A stretch of 62,938 bases of DNA, from the NCBI GenBank assembly GCA_020627625.1, contig JAHDGL010000001.1:1-62938 (forward strand), given 5' to 3'. Each line of letters begins with the position of its first letter. Positions within the stretch are counted from its first letter, which is position 1. Source of the stretch: Alphaproteobacteria bacterium (GTDB lineage Bacteria; Pseudomonadota; Alphaproteobacteria; Rickettsiales; Rickettsiaceae). A model generated the notes under the pieces. That model saw nothing but the letters and a program-made list of their open reading frames with translations. It searched no databases and was not told the DNA's origin. Shown piece after piece: positions 1-9,191 of the stretch. The translations under genes and the position numbers were made by a program.

Positions 1-44
1 CGAGAAGCGAAGCGAGACGACAAGCGCCAGTATGGTGCGCAGTC

Positions 45-63
45 AATCCCTCTCTCTCCGCCA
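45..63 (+). tRNA. 3' end of a tRNA-Ser-like sequence (partial, or a duplicated 3' fragment)
   Basis: AATCCCTCTCTCTCCGCCA gives the T-loop end, 3' T-stem strand, 3' acceptor strand, G discriminator and CCA. Bases 1-44 are not canonical tRNA, and the 5' part would lie outside the window. Confidence 0.6.
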
Positions 64-105
64 TATTTTATGGATAAACTCTTCCTTGTTCCAAGCCTGG
101 TCTAC

Positions 106-1899
106 TTAATCCTTCTGTATATCCATGTTCTCGGTGTTTTTTACTTTGTCAACCATAGAAATTTCTTTATTTCCACGGTCTTTTAGAATTTTTTTTGTGA
201 TTCTTTCTTGTGAATTTTTAGTCATTAATTTACTAGACTTAAGCAATCGATTGAAATCAGTAGATTTAAATTTTAAATCTACAATTCTATTTGGTATTTC
301 AATTTGTGTTAATTGAGCGAATTTTTCTTTAACTACGTCAGGTGTTTTTCGATCATTAATAGATATAATTAATTTATCCATAAGTGAAGTTTTTGTCGTT
401 ATTTTACTATTATCAAGAGTTCCACAAATTTTTATAAAATTAGCAAAAATCTCTTGTGCGGTTCTTTCTTTCCATGCTTCAGATTTACATAAATTGAATA
501 TATCTTCCAAATTTTTTTTATCTTGTTTTTTACCAATAATTTTATTAGTCCAGGATTTAATAAAATTAGTTTCTTCTTTTTCATTAGCATTTTCATAAAA
601 TTGCAATATAAATTCTTTATTTTCAAGATTATTATCAGATTTTGTTCCTATATTGTAGTTCTCAAAATAACGTGCCGCTTGCAGGCTGCCTTTAACATAC
701 AAATAATCAGCTTCCTCTTGTGCTTCCTTAAAAGATAAAGTGCCAACATTCTTTGTATCTAAACCTATTGTATTTAATGCATTATTACGTACTTCTTGAT
801 AGGTATTCTCAACCTTTTCCTTATAATCTATCAATGATTTAGCAAACCCCATCATTTGCACTATTTTTAATATCACAGATATTACTTTAAATAAAAAATT
901 TTGATCAGTAATTCCGGGTTTCTGACCATAAATTGCCATATTTAATTTTGTATTCAGATCATCTGCTGGACTAAAAGCTAAAGCTAATTTCCTGCCTTCC
1001 TGGCTTGCCTTATTAATTTGTTCATTTTGGTCTAATAAATTTTCTATATCATTTTGCGGGTTCTTACCATTGAAATATTTTAGTGGAATATTATCATAGC
1101 AGCCGCCGTCTGCATATTGAACATTATTAATAGTTACCGGTTTGAATACATATGGAATACAACATGAAGCATGTGCTGCTTTTGCAATTTCTACATTTGG
1201 TGTATCTCTAGCATTAAAAAGCATTAATTCACCAGTTTGATTATTTGTTGCAGTAATAATCAAACTCTTAAATTTAACGGGATTAAGAATATGTAATAAA
1301 TCTAAATCTTTAAAAGTAATCTTTCCTCCTTTCTGAATTTTATTGGATATAGTTTTAAATTCAGATCCACTGTTAGTAATAATTTCTTCTAATTGTTTTT
1401 TTTGTTTATCTAAATTCTGCAAACGTTCTAAAGATAATAAGTCTTTCTTGTTTTGCAGAGATAATAATTCATTATTAATTGATTCTAGTCTGGTATTGCA
1501 TAATTCTGATATATCTGCTTTTTTTAAAAAACTCTTTATATTTTGATTTACAGTATTACGAATTAAGTTTTCTAAAGGTTGCGCACCAGCATTTATTTTT
1601 ATATCAGTTGCAGGTAATTTTATTCCACTACCCAAAAGATCTATAAAATTAGTATTTTGTCCTATTTGACGAAAACGTTTAGCGCTAATCCCGGTAGCAG
1701 TCAATGTTGCAGTAATTGCACCTGCAGAGCTGCCAGCTACTTCCTCAATTCCGCCTAATATTCCATATTCTGTTAAAGTGTCATAAACTCCGGAATATAT
1801 ATTCCCCTTTGCACCACCACCACTAAATGCAATATATTTAAATGGTTCTGCTTGTGCCAATTTTAATTGTTTTAATAATTTCTCATTAAATTTTACCAT
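106..1899 (-). CDS. Patatin-like phospholipase A2 (rickettsial Pat / ExoU / VipD-like), 597 aa
   Basis: Oxyanion loop FSGGGAKG, nucleophile GSSAG and catalytic DGG (YADGGCYDNIP) are present, followed by a long C-terminal extension. Confidence 0.9.
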   Translation of the reverse strand: MVKFNEKLLKQLKLAQAEPFKYIAFSGGGAKGNIYSGVYDTLTEYGILGGIEEVAGSSAGAITATLTATGISAKRFRQIGQNTNFIDLLGSGIKLPATDIKINAGAQPLENLIRNTVNQNIKSFLKKADISELCNTRLESINNELLSLQNKKDLLSLERLQNLDKQKKQLEEIITNSGSEFKTISNKIQKGGKITFKDLDLLHILNPVKFKSLIITATNNQTGELMLFNARDTPNVEIAKAAHASCCIPYVFKPVTINNVQYADGGCYDNIPLKYFNGKNPQNDIENLLDQNEQINKASQEGRKLALAFSPADDLNTKLNMAIYGQKPGITDQNFLFKVISVILKIVQMMGFAKSLIDYKEKVENTYQEVRNNALNTIGLDTKNVGTLSFKEAQEEADYLYVKGSLQAARYFENYNIGTKSDNNLENKEFILQFYENANEKEETNFIKSWTNKIIGKKQDKKNLEDIFNLCKSEAWKERTAQEIFANFIKICGTLDNSKITTKTSLMDKLIISINDRKTPDVVKEKFAQLTQIEIPNRIVDLKFKSTDFNRLLKSSKLMTKNSQERITKKILKDRGNKEISMVDKVKNTENMDIQKD

Positions 1900-1967
1900 A
1901 GTAACACCCCAAAATTATTTTTTACAAAATACACAAAACTGTCAATGTGCGTTTACTATAACTCTCA

Positions 1968-1992
1968 TTTAGGATAAGAAAAATTGCATATT
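1968..1992. repeat. Degenerate copy of the IS982-like end relic
   Basis: TTTAGGATAAGAAAAATTGCATATT closely matches the core of 40159-40198. Confidence 0.55.
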
Positions 1993-2098
1993 TACGTTTA
2001 GATCGACACTGTCTAGCAAAAAAACAAAACCCAAAATACTCAAACATCTAAGGAGATTCTACGTTTTTTGAGAACGTTTTTTACTAAAAACTACCTAA

Positions 2099-2264
2099 TA
2101 TAGTAAATCAAGTTGAATTTTGTGCATTTTTTAATTCATCTTTATGAAATTTATATCTCATCTTTTTTGCCTTCAATGGGTTAGCATTTAAGGTAAAAAA
2201 AGCTAAAATCTAAATTCCAAAATATTTTTAAAAAAACACATAAACTTCAACTTGATTCACTATA
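2099..2264. mobile_element. 166-bp non-autonomous MITE-like element with TATAG termini
   Basis: Terminal inverted repeats TATAGTAAATCAAGTTGAA (2099-2117) and TTCAACTTGATTCACTATA (2246-2264) match at 18/19. There is an internal hairpin at ~2163-2201 and no ORF. Confidence 0.75.
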
Positions 2265-2492
2265 TATAAAAAAATCTGCTAAATTTCTTACCATAAATTC
2301 GCTTTGTACGATCCAGACTAAAATTTTTTTAATTTTATGTTCGGATTATATAAAATATTAATCTACTAAAAACGTGTAAACCAAATAATATTGGGTTTTA
2401 ATAAGAAGAAAATATAGGATTTAATTTAAAGTGAGGATTACAAGTGACGCAAATAATAGATATAGTAAATATTATCGCCCTGCACAATAACT

Positions 2493-2620
2493 TATACCAT
2501 TTCTCACTTTAAATTAGGTTTGTATTTCAAGGCGAAGCTGCAGAGCGTATATCAGATAGGTAAGTACAGACGAATCGGCGCAAAATGCTAATATATAATT
2601 TGAAATGGGAATTGGTATTA
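2493..2620. repeat. RPE-like palindromic element, full copy 1 (~128 bp)
   Basis: TATACCATTTCTCA...TGAAATGGGAATTGGTATTA inverted ends. Aligns along its length with 20047-20175. Confidence 0.85.
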
Positions 2621-2979
2621 TACAGACTATTATTACAAACCTCTACCTGATATATAGTAAACATTACTCCATCAGATTAAACGTAGAGAGTTTTGTGTTT
2701 TTAGGAAAATTTATTTCTTGGTTCGGAATATTGAAAATTACTATGACACTGGAAAGTACTCTTTAAAGAAAAAAGATATGGCTTTATAGAGATCGTCCAT
2801 ACCTGGCACATTCCGTTGGAAGCAGTATTTTTTTGCCGCACTGGATATGTAATTTTGATAAATCTTTAATTATATTAATTATTACACTACAAGCTATTTA
2901 TTCTCCAATATCATAGTGATTTACAATATCTATTATTTTCTGCTAATTTGTTTTTTGCTTTGACAAATTTGCTTTATAT

Positions 2980-3525
2980 TTATTTATTTCTTTCTGTCGA
3001 TTCAGTGTTATCTATATTATTTTCACCTTTTTTAGAATCAACTTCTTTATATTCACGCAGAGCATCCTGAGCTTCTGGTTCTGATTTTGCCACAACAATA
3101 ACTATATTAGCCATCACTTCTGCATGTAAAACTATTTGAATATTATATACACCGTTAAATTTAATTGGTGAATCAAGTAATATATTAGAATAGTTTAAAT
3201 TTATTTCAGTAAGCTTAGAAACTTCAATAGCAAGTTGCTTTGCATTTACAGATCCAAATAATCTTCCATCAACAGCAGATTGAGTAATAAAATTAATATG
3301 CTTACCCTCTATAGATTTAGCTGCCCGTTCAGCTGCAACTTTATTCTCGGAGTTTTTTTTCTCCAATTCTTTTTGCATGGCAGCAAATTTCTCTGAATTT
3401 TCTTTATTCGCTCTAATTGCAAATTCTTGTGGTATCAAGTAATTACGGGCATAGCCGTTTGCTACATCAACTTTTTCGCCAACTTTACCTAATTTTCTTA
3501 CAGGCTTAACTAAAATAACTTGCAT
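2980..3525 (-). CDS. rplI: 50S ribosomal protein L9
   Basis: MQVIL...LGKVGEKVDVANGYARNYLIPQ and GRLFGSV motifs, located after rpsF-rpsR. Confidence 0.97.
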   Translation of the reverse strand: MQVILVKPVRKLGKVGEKVDVANGYARNYLIPQEFAIRANKENSEKFAAMQKELEKKNSENKVAAERAAKSIEGKHINFITQSAVDGRLFGSVNAKQLAIEVSKLTEINLNYSNILLDSPIKFNGVYNIQIVLHAEVMANIVIVVAKSEPEAQDALREYKEVDSKKGENNIDNTESTERNK

Positions 3526-3581
3526 AGTTTTATAATAATATTAATTATGTTAATAAATTTATTTTCTTAAATCAAAAAACT

Positions 3582-3857
3582 CTATCGATTTATGGAAACA
3601 AAAGGTAAAAGAGCAATCATTCTACTTTGTTTAATAGCTTTTTTTAAAGCTCTTTGATCTTTAGCGCAAAGGTTAGTAATTCTACTTGGCAGAATTCTAC
3701 CACCTTCAGAAATAAATTGTCTTAAAAATTCAGGGTTTTTGTAATCTATAATAGATCTTGAAGGTAAGCGCAGAGTGCTGGTTTTGTTTTTTCTAAAAAG
3801 CATTTTAGAGCTATTTTGCACCATGCTTGATGATTCTGAAATATTTTCTTTAGTCAT
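3582..3857 (-). CDS. rpsR: 30S ribosomal protein S18
   Basis: [25 protein letters not shown]...[13 protein letters not shown]. Confidence 0.97.
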   Translation of the reverse strand: MTKENISESSSMVQNSSKMLFRKNKTSTLRLPSRSIIDYKNPEFLRQFISEGGRILPSRITNLCAKDQRALKKAIKQSRMIALLPFVSINR

Positions 3858-3861
3858 TATG

Positions 3862-4272
3862 TTAGCTTGCTTTATTTATTTTAGTATCTTTTAGCGTCTG
3901 TTTTGAGTTTTTGTTGATTGTCACATCAATAGTTTCTTCAACATTAGAATTGTTTTCTTTCAATATCGTAGAAGGATCCTTGCTAATTTCTTCCACTCTT
4001 ACTAACGAAGATCGAATCACACTTTCGCTTAACTTTAACTTTCTGTTCATTTCTTTAAGCAAATCATTATTTGCTTCAATACCCATAAAGTAGTAATGAC
4101 CTTTCTTGTTATTATCGATTTCATATGCAAGCTGTCTTAAACCCCAATATTCAGTTTTAATAACTTTGCCGTTGTAATCTTTAATTATTTGCATAAAATC
4201 ATTAGCAATTTTGTCAATTTCTGCAGAAGAAACATCTTGACGAATAATGATAATGGATTCATAAAATTCCAT
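3862..4272 (-). CDS. rpsF: 30S ribosomal protein S6
   Basis: FYESIIIIR...[12 protein letters not shown]...GHY. Start moved to ATG 4272 because a GGAG RBS lies upstream of it. Confidence 0.96.
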   Translation of the reverse strand: MEFYESIIIIRQDVSSAEIDKIANDFMQIIKDYNGKVIKTEYWGLRQLAYEIDNNKKGHYYFMGIEANNDLLKEMNRKLKLSESVIRSSLVRVEEISKDPSTILKENNSNVEETIDVTINKNSKQTLKDTKINKAS

Positions 4273-4501
4273 ATATACTGTCTCCAATTAAATAAAACTT
4301 AATTTAAAAATAGGCTTACTTATACCAAGTTTAATATTATGATTCAAGTATTATCTTTCAAAAATACAAAAATGTCTTGAAATAACCATAAATAATATAA
4401 AAATAATTTGATTAATTGTGTTTTACCTAGTTGTCACTTTCATAATATTATATATACTAGTTAGTAAATATTTTTTGAACAAGTTATAGAGTATAAGTTA
4501 A

Positions 4502-5197
4502 GTGTCCGATAAATTACCGCCCAAAATTTTAGTTATTGAACCAGATGAAATCTTAAATGCCAATTTATGTAACGCAATAGAGCGCTACTGGTTTGATGTA
4601 ACAAGAGCAAAAAGTGGAGAAGCCGCTATAAGAGCAGCTTCTGTTGACCATCCACATGTTGCAATTATAAGCTCTAAGATTCAAGATAAATCAGTTAGCG
4701 AAATGTCTGCACAGCTTAGAAAAATAAAAGATATGCATAATCTACCAATATTATTTCTTATGGAAGAAGGAGAATCCATGGATAATATCGTAGTTGATAA
4801 AAATATTTGTTATAAATCATTGTTCAGACCGTTTACGCCCAATATGTTAATGACTACTATCAGAGAATTGCTAAGACAATCAAAACCTGTATTTCAAGAT
4901 AAGGTAATAAAATATAATGATATTAGTATGGACCTGTCTACTTACAAAGTATACAGAGGAAGAAAACAAATTCACTTAGGACCTACTGAGTTTAAAATTC
5001 TACAATTACTTATTACTAAACCAAAAAATATCTATTCACGTAGCCAAATTATCGACTATGTTTGGGGCACTGATGAAGATATAGCTCATCGTACAATTGA
5101 TGTTCATATAAATAGAATCAGAACTTTGATGAAATTAGACACAGATCGTTATCAATTAATTAAAACAATCAGATCTGCGGGATATTGTTTAGATTAA
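4502..5197 (+). CDS. OmpR/PhoB-family transcriptional regulator with a degenerate receiver domain
   Basis: PhoB-like winged helix (IHLGPTEFKILQLL, RTIDVHINRIR, IKTIRSAGY). The receiver lacks the phospho-acceptor Asp. Confidence 0.88.
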   Translation: MSDKLPPKILVIEPDEILNANLCNAIERYWFDVTRAKSGEAAIRAASVDHPHVAIISSKIQDKSVSEMSAQLRKIKDMHNLPILFLMEEGESMDNIVVDKNICYKSLFRPFTPNMLMTTIRELLRQSKPVFQDKVIKYNDISMDLSTYKVYRGRKQIHLGPTEFKILQLLITKPKNIYSRSQIIDYVWGTDEDIAHRTIDVHINRIRTLMKLDTDRYQLIKTIRSAGYCLD

Positions 5198-5272
5198 AGT
5201 TTTTTTAGTTTTAAAAGCTTGATCAGCGATGAATATTTGATAATTTAGATTACAATTTTACGGAGTATATTT

Positions 5273-7039
5273 TTGTCTTTAGAAAAAAAAGTACAGTCGA
5301 GTTTGATTATAAAGCGACTACTTAGGGAACATATCGCTCCATATAAATGCAAAATAATTATCGCTGTAATCTTTATGGTAATATCTGCTTTGTGCGCAGC
5401 GGCAATTGTGTGGTTAGTCAAACCTGCAATTGACCAAGTATTTGTAACTCATGATCGTCAAATGTTGGTAATAATTCCATTACTAATATTCATTGTATAT
5501 TTTATAAAAGGGATAGCCGAATATTTCCAAAACTATATCATTAAATATGTGGGTCAACAAATATTAACTAATATGCAAATGCGAATGTATGAGCATTTAT
5601 TATCCGCTGATTTTTTATTTATACAATCACAATCATCTGGTCGTTTGATTTCTAGATTCACTAATGATATTATTTTAATGCGTGGCGCCGTATCAAATAT
5701 GTTAGTTGGTTGCGCAAAACATTTATTATCTGTATTGTTTTTAATAATACTGATGTTTAATCTGGAACCATTCTTGTCTGCTTTTGTATTTTTTGCTTTT
5801 CCCTTTGCGGTATATCCGATACAAAAATTAGGTAGAAAAATGCGCAATATCACCGGTGAAGCTCAAGAAGAACTGAGTTACTTCACCTCTAAATTAGACG
5901 AATCATTTTTTTCTATAAAAATAATAAAATCATTTTGCACAGAAAAAATCGAAACCCGTAGAGCTAAAAAAATTACTGATAAAATTTTAAATTTTTATAA
6001 AAAAGCAGCTAGATTTGATTCTCTTACATCACCCATTATGGAAATATTAAGCGGCATTACAGTCGCTTGCGTTCTATGGTATGGAGGACTAGCAGTTATT
6101 GAAGACAGGATGAGTACCGGCGCATTATTTGCATTTATCACAGCTTTTGTTTCTGCTTACAGGCCTTTTAAAAGTCTGGTTTCATTAAATGTAAATTTAC
6201 AAGAAGGTTTAGCTGCTGCAAACCGTGTATTTAATATATTAGATTTAAAGCCCACTATTCGTAATATCGCAAAACCACTTACTCCAAAATGGACAAAACC
6301 TGATATAGAATTTAAGAATATAGGCTTAACATTTGATAATAACAAAACAACTATTAAGTCTTTGGATATAAAAATACCTTCTGGGCAAACATTTGCTTTT
6401 GTAGGCAGGTCTGGGAGTGGTAAAACTACTTTGGCTAATTTATTAGTACGTTTTTTTGATCCAACAAATGGTCAGATTAATATTAATGGTGATAATATTA
6501 AAAATATATCTCTAGATCATTTACGGAGTCAAATTTCAATAGTAACGCAAGATACTTTATTATTTGATACAAGTATTTTTGAAAATATTGCTTATGGTAC
6601 AAAAAACGCTACCAAGAAAGATATAATTGCAGCAGCAAAAGCTGCAGATGCCCATGAATTCATCGAATTATTACCAGAAGGTTATGACGCCATGGTAGGT
6701 GTTACAGGCTCTAACTTATCTGGTGGTCAAAAACAAAGGATTGCTATCGCGCGTGCTTTTTTAAAAAACGCTCCTATATTGTTATTAGACGAAGCAACAA
6801 GTGCACTTGATTCGCGTTCAGAGCAATCAATAATAAACTCATTATCTAAATTAAGAAAACAACGTACTACATTAATTATTACTCATAGATTGAAAAGCAT
6901 AATTGATGCTGATCAAATAGTAGTTATGAAAAAAGGAGAAATAGCAGAGCAAGGTACGCATACTAGTCTGCTAGATATGAAAAAAGAATATTACAAGTTA
7001 TATAATAAAGAATTGAAAGAAGTTAACAATTCTGTATAA
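5273..7039 (+). CDS. msbA: Lipid A export ABC transporter MsbA-like (fused TMD-NBD)
   Basis: N-terminal transmembrane domain, Walker A GRSGSGKT, signature LSGGQKQR, Walker B ILLLDEATS. Confidence 0.85.
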   Translation: MSLEKKVQSSLIIKRLLREHIAPYKCKIIIAVIFMVISALCAAAIVWLVKPAIDQVFVTHDRQMLVIIPLLIFIVYFIKGIAEYFQNYIIKYVGQQILTNMQMRMYEHLLSADFLFIQSQSSGRLISRFTNDIILMRGAVSNMLVGCAKHLLSVLFLIILMFNLEPFLSAFVFFAFPFAVYPIQKLGRKMRNITGEAQEELSYFTSKLDESFFSIKIIKSFCTEKIETRRAKKITDKILNFYKKAARFDSLTSPIMEILSGITVACVLWYGGLAVIEDRMSTGALFAFITAFVSAYRPFKSLVSLNVNLQEGLAAANRVFNILDLKPTIRNIAKPLTPKWTKPDIEFKNIGLTFDNNKTTIKSLDIKIPSGQTFAFVGRSGSGKTTLANLLVRFFDPTNGQININGDNIKNISLDHLRSQISIVTQDTLLFDTSIFENIAYGTKNATKKDIIAAAKAADAHEFIELLPEGYDAMVGVTGSNLSGGQKQRIAIARAFLKNAPILLLDEATSALDSRSEQSIINSLSKLRKQRTTLIITHRLKSIIDADQIVVMKKGEIAEQGTHTSLLDMKKEYYKLYNKELKEVNNSV

Positions 7040-7085
7040 TAATTTTCATACTAATAAATATTTATAAAAAACAATAAGAGGAAAA

Positions 7086-7565
7086 ATGTTCATAGAAACA
7101 GCGCTTGCGGATAATGATACTATCACAATTCAAGATACAACTAATGAACAAATGGCACCAGAAGCCATTGAATCAAGCTCTACTTGGACAAGTATGGTGC
7201 CAATGGTGCTTGTATTTGCTGTATTTTACTTTTTACTTATACGCCCACAAGAGAAAAAACGTCGTGCTCAAGAAGATTTAGTTTCTGGAGTGAAAAAAGG
7301 GGAGGAAGTTTTAACTAACTCTGGTTTGTTTGGTACTGTGATAAAAATAAATGATAGTGATAATACTATAATTGTGCAAATTGCAAAAGATATTGAAGTT
7401 AAAATGCTAAAAAACTCTATTGCTGATATTGTAAGCAGAGATAAAAAGAATGGTAAGACATTGCCTGCTACTAAAACATCATCTAAAAAACAAACTAAAA
7501 AATCGTTGAAAGAAACTTCTGCTGCTACTAAAGCAAAGAAATCTCCAACTAAAGTGAAAAAATAA
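7086..7565 (+). CDS. yajC: Preprotein translocase subunit YajC
   Basis: FYFLLIRPQEKK...GEEVLTNSGLFG, directly upstream of secD. Confidence 0.95.
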   Translation: MFIETALADNDTITIQDTTNEQMAPEAIESSSTWTSMVPMVLVFAVFYFLLIRPQEKKRRAQEDLVSGVKKGEEVLTNSGLFGTVIKINDSDNTIIVQIAKDIEVKMLKNSIADIVSRDKKNGKTLPATKTSSKKQTKKSLKETSAATKAKKSPTKVKK

Positions 7566-7592
7566 AAAATAGTATTAAAAGAGAAGAATTAA

Positions 7593-9140
7593 GTGCATAG
7601 AATATCAAAGTGGAAAATTATTACGTCTATTTTATTTACTATAATTTCTATAATTTATGTACTGCCTAATATTATAGATGATAGCCTAGAGTGGTTGCCT
7701 GGAAACAAAGTTAATCTTGGTCTTGATTTACGGGGTGGTTCACATTTACTTTTAAATGTTGATTTTGATAGTTATATGGATGAAGTTAGCAATTCTGTTG
7801 CTGAAGGATTCAGAAAATATGCACGTAGTAATAAGATTGGTTATAAAAATTTACGTGTTTCTAAAAATAATATAAGCTTTAATTTACGTTCAAAAGATGA
7901 TTTTAAATCCTTAAAAAAAATAATTAGAAACATTGATCCTAACCTTTCTTTTACAGAAAAAGATAAAAGTTTTATTACTCTTTTCTATAGCGAATATGAA
8001 ATCAATAAATTGCAGGATAAGGTAATAAATCAATCTATTGAGATTATTCGAATGCGTGTTGATAGTAATGGAACTAAAGAACCTAATATTCAACGCCAAG
8101 GGGTAAAGAATATTTTGTTACAAGTTCCAGGAGAAGATAATCCATCTGAACTAAAAAGAGTTTTAGGAAAAACAGCAAAATTAACATTTCACCTAGTAGA
8201 TGAATTTGCAAACACAGAGCAAGCAAAAAACGGAAATGTACCTATTGGTTCTAAACTGGTAAAATGGGAAGATGGTAATGCTGATCATTTAATTATCAAG
8301 AAAAAAATTATAGTTAGCGGTGATCAGTTAAATAATGCACAAGTGCAGTTTCAAGAGGCTCAACCTGTTGTACAATTTTCGTTTAATCATTTAGGTGCTA
8401 AAAGATTTGCAGAGGTAACTTCTAATAATCGCGGTAGGCGTTTAGCTGTAGTGCTTGATGGCACAGTACTCAGCGCTCCAGTAATTAATAGCCCAATACT
8501 TGGCGGAGATGGAGTTATTTCTGGTAATTTTACTGTTGAATCAGCTAATGAGTTAGCTTTAATTTTGCGGGCAGGCGCACTACCGGCGCAATTAAAAATT
8601 GTTGAAGAAAGAACAATAGGACCAAATTTAGGTGCAGATTCGATTAAATCTGGTAAGTTAGCTGCGTTTGTTGGGTTTATATTTGTTGTGATCTTTATGA
8701 TATTGTCTTATGGAATATTAGGAATATTTGCCAGTATAACACTAGTAATAGCACTTATTTACATCTTTGCTTTGTTATCTATTCTGCAAGCAACATTAAC
8801 ATTGCCAGGTATTGCGGGAATTATTTTAACTATAGGAATGGCTGTTGATGCTAATGTATTAATTTATGAAAGAATACGTGAAGAATTAAACAAAAAATGC
8901 TCTAACTTATACGCTGTAAAAATGGGGTTTGATTCAGCTTTTGCAACAATTACAGACTCAAATGTTACAACATTAATCGCTGCATTTTTACTTTATAGTT
9001 TTGGTGTTGGAGCAATAAAAGGTTTTGCGGTAACTTTAACAATTGGTATAATTGCATCAATGTATTCAGCATTGGTTATTACTAAGTTAATGATTGATTT
9101 GTGGTTAAAATATTTCAACCCAAAAAGCATTGGGCTATAA
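7593..9140 (+). CDS. secD: Protein translocase subunit SecD
   Basis: LGLDLRGGSH, LTLPGIAGIILTIGMAVDANVLIYERIREE, KGFAVTL. Confidence 0.97.
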   Translation: MHRISKWKIITSILFTIISIIYVLPNIIDDSLEWLPGNKVNLGLDLRGGSHLLLNVDFDSYMDEVSNSVAEGFRKYARSNKIGYKNLRVSKNNISFNLRSKDDFKSLKKIIRNIDPNLSFTEKDKSFITLFYSEYEINKLQDKVINQSIEIIRMRVDSNGTKEPNIQRQGVKNILLQVPGEDNPSELKRVLGKTAKLTFHLVDEFANTEQAKNGNVPIGSKLVKWEDGNADHLIIKKKIIVSGDQLNNAQVQFQEAQPVVQFSFNHLGAKRFAEVTSNNRGRRLAVVLDGTVLSAPVINSPILGGDGVISGNFTVESANELALILRAGALPAQLKIVEERTIGPNLGADSIKSGKLAAFVGFIFVVIFMILSYGILGIFASITLVIALIYIFALLSILQATLTLPGIAGIILTIGMAVDANVLIYERIREELNKKCSNLYAVKMGFDSAFATITDSNVTTLIAAFLLYSFGVGAIKGFAVTLTIGIIASMYSALVITKLMIDLWLKYFNPKSIGL

Positions 9141-9191
9141 AATTTTATTCATACTTATTAAAGACATTGATTATTTTAGGGGTGAATCATA

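Noticed and set aside
2005-2016. GACACTGTCTAG, and CAGGCTCTGTT near 56368, resembling IS5-family ends
   Set aside because: Both are too short, single-copy here, and lack a partner end or transposase remnant.
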